Positions 57,271 through 64,000 of a stretch of 64,000 bases of DNA are shown in pieces. Each line of letters starts with the position of its first letter. Within the stretch, counting starts at the first letter, position 1. The notes beneath the pieces are model-generated. The model was not told the DNA's origin, ran no database searches, and saw nothing but the letters and a program-made list of their open reading frames with translations. The DNA comes from Opitutales bacterium. GTDB taxonomy: Bacteria; Verrucomicrobiota; Verrucomicrobiia; Opitutales; JABSRG01. The stretch is from positions 1 through 64,000 of the forward strand of contig JBMYOQ010000010.1 in NCBI GenBank assembly GCA_049599475.1, given 5' to 3'. Position numbers and translations under genes: made by a program.

Positions 57271-58497
57271 TCATGCCGATGTATCTAGGACTTCTCGAAC
57301 GCGCTGCAGCAAATTCCCTCCTTCAAACAGATAAAACGGCACGCCCGCGGATTCGGCAGCCTTACGATCTGAATCGCGATCTCCGATAAAAAAGCACCCA
57401 TGCTTTTCGATGGGCCACTCCTCAAGTGCGTCTAGAATCATGCCTGGGTTGGGCTTCCGGCGCAGGCTCTCTTTCTTATATTCACCGATTCCATGCTCCG
57501 CGTGATAAGGGCAAAAGTAAACCGCATCCAAGTGGGCACCACACCGCGCCAATTCACCTTGCACCCAATTCATTAATACAAAAAATGACTTCTCAGAATA
57601 ATAACCTCGCCCGATTCCTGACTGGTTCGTGATTAAAACCACGAGGTACCCGGCGTCGTTTAAAAGCTTAACTGCTTCTTTAGCTCCATCCACCCATTCA
57701 AAATCTTCAGGTTTAGAAACATAGCCGGAGTCGAGATTCAACACACCATCTCTATCCAAAAACGCTGCTGGGCGAAGCTGCCATTTAGGAAGCTCTGTCT
57801 GTGCTTTGGTATAGGATTCAAGACTGCCAATATCGATAAAAAAGCCTGTCGAACGGTAGGCTTTCAGCAGACCTTCATTAGCCAAACGTGGAAGCAACTC
57901 GCGCTCCAACGAAGACTTTCCTTCTGGTAGAAAAGCTAGATGATCTCTTCTCAACCAATAGACACCCCCATTCACCCACGCCGGACCCGATTCATTGTGT
58001 GTAGAAAACGTCGTTATGCGATCCGTCGAATCGACCTCGATATTCACATACCCCTGAGCGTTTTCTATTTTGTGGAGAGCCATCACACCCAGACCTTCCT
58101 TCGCTTCGGAATCTGTCAGTAATTCCAGGTAATTGAGATCCAGAATCGAGTCTCCGTTGATAACTAAAAACGAATCGTCCAGGAGCGTTTCGCAACGCTT
58201 TAGCGAGCCTCCGGTACCCAGCGGCTCAGGCTCCACCGAGTAGGCGATTTCCACCCCAAATCGACTTCCATCGCCAAAGTGGGCCTGAATCTTCTCCGCG
58301 GAGAAGCCGATGCCAAAAACAATGCGAGTAATCCCATAACGTTTGAGATTCCAAATGAGATATTCCAAAAATGGCTTCCCCTCCACATCAAGAAGGGGCT
58401 TGGGCGTATCTCGAGTCAAAGCATCCAAGCGCGACCCCTGCCCTCCAGCCAATATAAAGGCCTGCCGCCCATTTGTCAGATGCTCCGCCTCACTCAC
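57271..58497 (-). CDS. gmhB: Bifunctional nucleotidyltransferase (HddC-like) / heptose-1,7-bisphosphate phosphatase (GmhB)
   Basis: LAGGQGSRL..TPKP, EPLGTGG, NGD; C-terminal FLDRDGV, TNQSGI, CPYH, RKPNPGM, IGD; GTG start inferred. Confidence 0.88.
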   Translation of the reverse strand: MSEAEHLTNGRQAFILAGGQGSRLDALTRDTPKPLLDVEGKPFLEYLIWNLKRYGITRIVFGIGFSAEKIQAHFGDGSRFGVEIAYSVEPEPLGTGGSLKRCETLLDDSFLVINGDSILDLNYLELLTDSEAKEGLGVMALHKIENAQGYVNIEVDSTDRITTFSTHNESGPAWVNGGVYWLRRDHLAFLPEGKSSLERELLPRLANEGLLKAYRSTGFFIDIGSLESYTKAQTELPKWQLRPAAFLDRDGVLNLDSGYVSKPEDFEWVDGAKEAVKLLNDAGYLVVLITNQSGIGRGYYSEKSFFVLMNWVQGELARCGAHLDAVYFCPYHAEHGIGEYKKESLRRKPNPGMILDALEEWPIEKHGCFFIGDRDSDRKAAESAGVPFYLFEGGNLLQRVREVLDTSA

Positions 58498-58602
58498 ACC
58501 TCTATAGTGTCCCCCCTGCTCAGAAAGATCCAGAACAGAAAAAATCTCGCACTGACCCACAATGTACCAACATTCCTGCCGATTCATTCGTTATGCCCTC
58601 AG

Positions 58603-59187
58603 ATGAACAAAGTGATCCCCCTTTTCTCAATGAGAGCAATGGCCGCAGATAAGCCTCAGGAAGACTGGGCAAGCGCGGCCGACTCCGAGCTTTTGTCATA
58701 CGTTAAACGCAGTCATCATGGTGCTTTGACAGAGATTCTCCGACGCTACGAATCCCCCTTGATCGGCTTCCTGACCAGCCAAACCGGCGAGCGCACTACT
58801 GCCGAAGACATCGCTCAAGATACGTTTTTGAAACTCATAAAACGCCCACCGTTCATGCTGAACTCCGGCTCACTCAAGCCCTGGCTCTTCCGCGTCGCAA
58901 CCAATCTGGCAAACGATTACCGCCGAAAGCACAGCCGGGTCCAAGCGGTGGAAACGATTCCTGACGAGCCCAACGCGGATTTTCAACAACTGGGCAACCA
59001 GCAAGACTCCGAGTATTTCATGTCTCAACTCAGCCCGGAAATTCGGATAGTGGTGTCGCTACGACTCTACGGAGATCTCAGCTACAAGGAGATCGCCCAA
59101 CAATTAAAAATCCCGGTAGGCACTGCGACCTGGCGTATGAAGAACGGCCTGGAAACTCTTAAATCAAAATTCAAATCTGCTGAATAA
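58603..59187 (+). CDS. ECF RNA polymerase sigma factor
   Basis: AEDIAQDTF, WLFRVATN, LSYKEIA..L.IPVGT; start uncertain. Confidence 0.9.
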   Translation: MNKVIPLFSMRAMAADKPQEDWASAADSELLSYVKRSHHGALTEILRRYESPLIGFLTSQTGERTTAEDIAQDTFLKLIKRPPFMLNSGSLKPWLFRVATNLANDYRRKHSRVQAVETIPDEPNADFQQLGNQQDSEYFMSQLSPEIRIVVSLRLYGDLSYKEIAQQLKIPVGTATWRMKNGLETLKSKFKSAE

Positions 59188-59639
59188 TGCCTCTGCCCCA
59201 CGAAAACGAAATGCTAGCCAAGCTGCGCGAGAGCAGCGGCACCCGCAACGCTCACCTCAGCATCGAGAAGCGCACTGCCTTGTTCAACACACTCGATGAG
59301 CGCAAAAACCGATTGAGCGGCTGGATTTGGAAACTGTCGGGCCTTGTAGCACTTTCCGCAGCATGTTGGATTGTTTTCCTCAGCCAACCAACACCAGAAA
59401 CGCCACAGGCTAAACCCGCCCAAGAAATCGCCCAAAGCCCTCCGGTCCCCGCGACGCAGCCAGCACCCTCCCTTTTCTCAGTCTGGAAGGAAGACGATCC
59501 CGTAGATCGATCCATACAGAACCTACAAAAACGCCTAGACAACACAGAGCGCCCTGCCCTGTTCAGCAGAGGAATCAGTGATTCTCGCGAGAACGACCTA
59601 CGCCGGCGCCTAAAACGCCTCAAGGACGATTTGTCCTAA
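59187..59639 (+). CDS. Putative membrane anti-sigma factor
   Basis: Overlaps sigma stop (TAATG); single TM; Pro-rich linker. Confidence 0.6.
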   Translation: MPLPHENEMLAKLRESSGTRNAHLSIEKRTALFNTLDERKNRLSGWIWKLSGLVALSAACWIVFLSQPTPETPQAKPAQEIAQSPPVPATQPAPSLFSVWKEDDPVDRSIQNLQKRLDNTERPALFSRGISDSRENDLRRRLKRLKDDLS

Positions 59640-59677
59640 GGCCCTGAATTACAGCTAAACACCCATAATAATTTGCA

Positions 59678-60295
59678 ATGAAAATACAAAATGCCTGCCT
59701 ATTCCTATGCGCTCTTAGCGCCCCGTTTTTTCTCCTAGCAGAGGAAGACGAACACGATTACCACGAAGAGGATAATCCGACAGCGATTCGCGCCGAGATT
59801 TCCGAGTTCATGGAAGAAGAGGAGGGCCAATACTTGAAACGGTTCATCCAAGCACACTTCAGCAAGGAAGCCGTTTCGATGCTCCAACGCCGCATTCAAG
59901 ACGACCCCTTCGAAGCCCGAGAATGGCTTTTCCACATCTACGAGATCAAGGAAGAGTATGATATGCTCGAAGAGGAGGAGCCCGCCTATGCCCAGCTCTT
60001 CCTTCAATTCCAAAAGCACGAGATAAATGCATATATCTACTCAGCTAAACTAGAAGAGGCCCAGGAACACGATGGATCTCAAGCCGAACTCGAGGAGCTC
60101 CAGACGAAACTGAAGGCCGAAATCACCACGGCCTTTGACTTGAAACTTAAAATGCAAACCGAGGAACTTGGTCACCTGAAACGAGAAGTCGTAGAATTGG
60201 AAAACCTTCTGGAACGCCGCAAGAATTCACGCTCTCAAATCATCGAGCGACGGTTCAACGCCCTCAGCGGCAAGGACGACCATTTAGAGTGGTAG
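59678..60295 (+). CDS. Secreted acidic coiled-coil hypothetical protein
   Basis: Signal peptide, helical E-rich sequence; third gene of ECF module. Confidence 0.7.
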   Translation: MKIQNACLFLCALSAPFFLLAEEDEHDYHEEDNPTAIRAEISEFMEEEEGQYLKRFIQAHFSKEAVSMLQRRIQDDPFEAREWLFHIYEIKEEYDMLEEEEPAYAQLFLQFQKHEINAYIYSAKLEEAQEHDGSQAELEELQTKLKAEITTAFDLKLKMQTEELGHLKREVVELENLLERRKNSRSQIIERRFNALSGKDDHLEW

Positions 60296-60580
60296 ATCTC
60301 CTGCTTCACGGCACTTAGGATCTTGGAAACGGGAGGGTCGCATATATCCGCCCGTTTTTTGTGTACCGATCTCTGGAACAAGGAAACCCGAGGCCTTTCA
60401 TCTCTCCTACAGGAATCACCGTAATTTCACCTTTTCTACAAATTCTCTCAATTTTTCGACCGCTCTTTTCGTTATAGCTTGAAAGAACAAGCCAGACCTT
60501 TTCGAGCATCTACCCTTGCACCGCCTGGCTTTTCCGACACTCACCCTTAGGACCCCGCTAATTTCCGAGTAACTCGTTTA

Positions 60581-62662
60581 ATGAGACCGTTTTTTACAGC
60601 TTCCAGAAAATGGCCAAGGATAGCCACATCGGTCATATTCTCGACCCTTATACCCCCGTTCCTCAACGCCCAAATCAATGCCCTCAGTGATGCCTCTGAA
60701 ATCGAGGGAACCGGCGTCTACAACTCCCCTTGGCTAGGCATTTACTCCCAATCCACCCCCGAAGACCCTTGGATCTTCTCTGACATGATCGGCTGGACTT
60801 ATACGGTTGATGACTCCGAGCCAGACGCCGTTTGGATGTATAATGAAGAGCTAGCGGGGTGGATTTGGACAAAGACAGAATTTTTTCCCTACACCTATAG
60901 TGAAACCTTGGGATGGATCTACTTCGAGCGCATCGAGCCCCTGTCCTATTACTATTCTTTCGATGACGACGCGTGGTATACGATCGAGAAATCATGGTAC
61001 AGCCCCGATCTGAACGACGTCGAACGCGCCAGCCGTTTCCTCGCACAGGCTACCTTAGGGGCAGACTTTGATACCATTTATGCAGTCGCCCGCAGCGGGC
61101 TCGAGGCGTGGATCGACGCCCAGTTTCAAATACCCGTCACCACCACCGCAGACCCAGTCGAAGTCTACATCGAGCAGACCGACGAGCTTGTAGATCAACT
61201 CGACTATCGTGCCCTTCTCTTTCGCGCAGCTTGGTGGAAAAACGTCATCAGCGGCTCCGACCTACTGCGACAGCGTGTAGCTCTAGCCCTCAGTGAAATA
61301 TTGGTGATCTCGGATATAGGCGAGCTCGGGGAACACCCCGAAGGCTTAGCGGGCTACTTCGACATTCTGCAAAACAATGCATTCGGCAATTACCGAGACC
61401 TGCTCTACGATATCACAATCCATCCGACCATGGGGCACTACCTTTCGCACATGGGAAACCGAAAGCCCGACTCAAGCACCGGACGCTTCCCGGATGAAAA
61501 CTACGCCCGCGAAGTCATGCAGCTCTTCACTATCGGCCTATACGAGCTCAACATGGATGGCTCTCGAAAACTCGATAGTAACGGGGAACCAATCCCTACC
61601 TATGATAATTCAGACATCACCGAATTTGCGAGAGTCTACACCGGCATGCATTTCGACACTCGGTTCGCACTCGAGGAACTCGCAGAGGACCCAGAGTTCC
61701 CCAACCCGCCGACAATCGAAACCATCACCTTCGAAGAGATCGAAACATACGAACTCTTCAACTACGCGGACCCGATGTATTTTTACGAGAGCGAGCACGA
61801 CAACGATGCCAAAACTCTTCTGAATGACACAGTGCTCCCTGCCGGGCAAACAGTCCAACAGGACCTCAACGGCGCACTGGACAATCTGTTCAACCACCCC
61901 AGCACAGCTCCTTTCGTAAGCAAACTCCTGATACAGCGCCTCACAAAATCAAATCCAAGCCCAGCATACATAGAACGCGTGGCCAATACATTCGCCGACA
62001 ACGGCTCAGGCGTGCGCGGAGACATGAAAGCCATCTTAAAGGCTATCCTCTTGGATGTCGAAGCACGCTCGCCCGATATGCTCAAGGATTCCAAACACGC
62101 CAAAATGCGCGAACCATACTTCATGCTCATCCACTACATGAGAGCCTTCAACGCACGCCCCGAGGGTGACGATTACTTCCTACTCGATGCAGACTACTTC
62201 GAAGCCTTCAGCCAGCGACCATTCTCCTCGCCAAGCGTATTTAACTTCTTCTTACCAGACTACTCTCCCCCGGGCGCCATCGGCGATGCGGGCCTAGTCG
62301 CTCCAGAGTTTCAGATTGCAAATTCATTCAGCCTTTCAGCGGCGCTCAACCTGATGCATTGGTCCATCGTCGGAGATAGCCTACAACTCTCGGAACCCGA
62401 CGAAGAGGATATCCAGCTCGGCCTCGATCGCTTTATGCCTCGCTGGACCGTCGACTTGAGTGCTGAGGTCGCACTCATTAATGATCTGGATGCTCTGCTC
62501 AATCACCTCGACCTGATTCTCACCTACGGTCGCTTATCCGAAGGCAGCAAGGCCATCATCAAAAGCGCCCTAGAACAAGGTGAAGACGCTGAGGCCGAAG
62601 AACTCGTACGCCTCGCGATCTACTTCATCCTGACCTCTCCGGATTACAATATAACGAGATAG
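60581..62662 (+). CDS. DUF1800 family protein with N-terminal Trp-rich repeat domain
   Basis: RFLAQAT.G, LRQRVA.ALSEI.V, PDENYAREVMQLFTIG, HPSTAPF, PSVFNFF.PDY. Confidence 0.9.
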   Translation: MRPFFTASRKWPRIATSVIFSTLIPPFLNAQINALSDASEIEGTGVYNSPWLGIYSQSTPEDPWIFSDMIGWTYTVDDSEPDAVWMYNEELAGWIWTKTEFFPYTYSETLGWIYFERIEPLSYYYSFDDDAWYTIEKSWYSPDLNDVERASRFLAQATLGADFDTIYAVARSGLEAWIDAQFQIPVTTTADPVEVYIEQTDELVDQLDYRALLFRAAWWKNVISGSDLLRQRVALALSEILVISDIGELGEHPEGLAGYFDILQNNAFGNYRDLLYDITIHPTMGHYLSHMGNRKPDSSTGRFPDENYAREVMQLFTIGLYELNMDGSRKLDSNGEPIPTYDNSDITEFARVYTGMHFDTRFALEELAEDPEFPNPPTIETITFEEIETYELFNYADPMYFYESEHDNDAKTLLNDTVLPAGQTVQQDLNGALDNLFNHPSTAPFVSKLLIQRLTKSNPSPAYIERVANTFADNGSGVRGDMKAILKAILLDVEARSPDMLKDSKHAKMREPYFMLIHYMRAFNARPEGDDYFLLDADYFEAFSQRPFSSPSVFNFFLPDYSPPGAIGDAGLVAPEFQIANSFSLSAALNLMHWSIVGDSLQLSEPDEEDIQLGLDRFMPRWTVDLSAEVALINDLDALLNHLDLILTYGRLSEGSKAIIKSALEQGEDAEAEELVRLAIYFILTSPDYNITR

Positions 62663-62695
62663 AGCACCCCCCAAATCATTAGAATTTCCCAATAC

Positions 62696-64000
62696 ATGAA
62701 AGCTTCCAAAAATATTTCTCGTCGTAAATTCCTCGGACAAGCCAGCTGCGCTGGAGTCGGATCTTCTGCATTGTTTTCTACCCTATTCAATTTAAGGATG
62801 TCCAGTGTTGCCGCTGCTCAGAGTAGCAGCAGCGAAGATTATAAAGCACTGGTATGTGTCTTCCTTGGAGGTGGGAATGATTCGTTCAACATGCTCGTTC
62901 CCAGCAGTGGAACTGCGTATTCAGATTACCAAGCAATTCGCAGCGATTTAGCCCTATCCAGCAGCACTCTCTTGAATCTCAATGTAGGCAATTCTGATGG
63001 GCGCGATTTCGGCTTACACCCTTCGATGCCCGAGGTTCAGAGCCTTTTTAATACAGGTAAGGCCGCCATGGTTTGCAATGTCGGCACCCTGGTAGAGCCG
63101 ACCAGCTTGACCGGAATCAACAATGGGTCGGCCCGCCTTCCGCTTGGCCTTTACTCCCACTCGGACCAAATCACGCACTGGCAGACATCCGTCCCAGATC
63201 AACGCTCGACCACCGGCTGGGCTGGACGCGTCGCCGACATTTTGGAGTCAGCCAATCAAGACGACACCGTCTCGATGAATATTTCTCTTTCGGGCAATAA
63301 CGTATTTCAGACCGGCAAACAGGTATCGAGCTTTGTGGCAGGGTACGACGCCGAGGGCGGCGAGGAGCCCGATGGCCTGTTCGACAGCCTCAACCCGGAC
63401 CCCTACCAGGAGTTTCTCTCCAGCAATGTGCGAAGCATGATCGACCAGGAGTATCTCAACATCTTTGAGCAAAACTACGCCAGTTCTGTGAAAAACAGCT
63501 TGGATGGTCGCCTCGCTTACAAGCAAGCTCTCGAAGGCGTACCCACCTTGACGACTCAATTTCCCTCTGCGGGAATCGGCCCAGCGATGCGCACAGTTGC
63601 CCGCACCATTGCAGCGCGCCAGGCTCTCGGGAAACGCCGCCAGACCTTCTTTGTCATGTTCGGCGGCTGGGACCACCATGACGAAGTGCTCAACACCCAG
63701 CAGCAGATGCTCGCAGCCGTAAGCCGCGGGATATCGGCCCTCCAAAGCGCCATGGAAGAATTGGGGGTCGAGGACAAAGTGACGACCTTCACCGCCTCCG
63801 ACTTCGGACGCACATTGACCTCCAATGGTCGCGGCTCGGACCATGCCTGGGGCGGCAATCATATTGTCTCCGGAGGCGCTGTAAACGGCGGCCTCCTCTA
63901 CGGAAATTATCCCGAGCTTTACTCCGGCAACAACCTAGACACAGGACGCGGGCGCCTCATTCCGACCACATCTGTCGACGAATATTTCGCAGAACTCGCC
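62696..64000 (+). CDS. DUF1501 family protein, Tat-exported (partial, runs off window; absent from ORF track)
   Basis: MKASKNISRRKFLG Tat signal; DYKALVCVFLGGGNDSFN, GLHP, HSDQ..WQ, GGWDHH, SDFGRTL.SNG.GSDHAWG. Confidence 0.92.
   Translation, partial: MKASKNISRRKFLGQASCAGVGSSALFSTLFNLRMSSVAAAQSSSSEDYKALVCVFLGGGNDSFNMLVPSSGTAYSDYQAIRSDLALSSSTLLNLNVGNSDGRDFGLHPSMPEVQSLFNTGKAAMVCNVGTLVEPTSLTGINNGSARLPLGLYSHSDQITHWQTSVPDQRSTTGWAGRVADILESANQDDTVSMNISLSGNNVFQTGKQVSSFVAGYDAEGGEEPDGLFDSLNPDPYQEFLSSNVRSMIDQEYLNIFEQNYASSVKNSLDGRLAYKQALEGVPTLTTQFPSAGIGPAMRTVARTIAARQALGKRRQTFFVMFGGWDHHDEVLNTQQQMLAAVSRGISALQSAMEELGVEDKVTTFTASDFGRTLTSNGRGSDHAWGGNHIVSGGAVNGGLLYGNYPELYSGNNLDTGRGRLIPTTSVDEYFAELA

Noticed and set aside
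63248..63862. 204-aa minus-strand ORF and other short antisense ORFs in the track
   Set aside because: Shadow ORFs opposite well-supported genes (here the DUF1501 gene)
1..64000. CRISPR array, rRNA, transposase or prophage genes
   Set aside because: No spaced direct repeats or recognisable motifs found by eye

Overview
Bacterial chromosomal window, most likely Verrucomicrobiota (Opitutae/Puniceicoccales-like). This is inferred from the pilin style, heptamer repeats, DUF1800/DUF1501 pair and Trp-rich repeat domain. It starts at a tRNA 3' end. Positions ~3.5-38.6 kb hold a large, visibly AT-richer surface-glycosylation locus directly downstream of a short Ser/Thr-rich type IV pilin gene. The locus encodes six GT-C-like polytopic membrane proteins (three are clear paralogs), three GT2 polyprenol-phosphate sugar synthases (one fused to a methyltransferase), two further methyltransferases, a Wzx flippase and a DedA protein. 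It also has a complete WbpA/B/E/D/I pathway for 2,3-diacetamido-mannuronic acid, a Bordetella-like WbmF/G/H trio with an AsnB-type amidotransferase, and a WbuXYZ/AglXYZ-type acetamidino module. No Wzy, WaaL or initiating phosphoglycosyl transferase is recognisable. A four-helix-bundle (IVS/Avd-like) gene at 3.2-3.6 kb is bracketed by inverted heptamer arrays that could form a ~32-bp RNA stem. The rest is mostly housekeeping and regulation: xseA, tyrA-aroA-cmk-plsC-ptsH, an NCS2 permease divergent from a TonB-dependent receptor with a candidate sigma54 promoter, uvrC, cinA, an OmpR-type two-component system with a CusR-like box, an HddC-GmhB fusion, an ECF sigma module and DUF1800/DUF1501. All family assignments are by motif recognition only; no searches were run.
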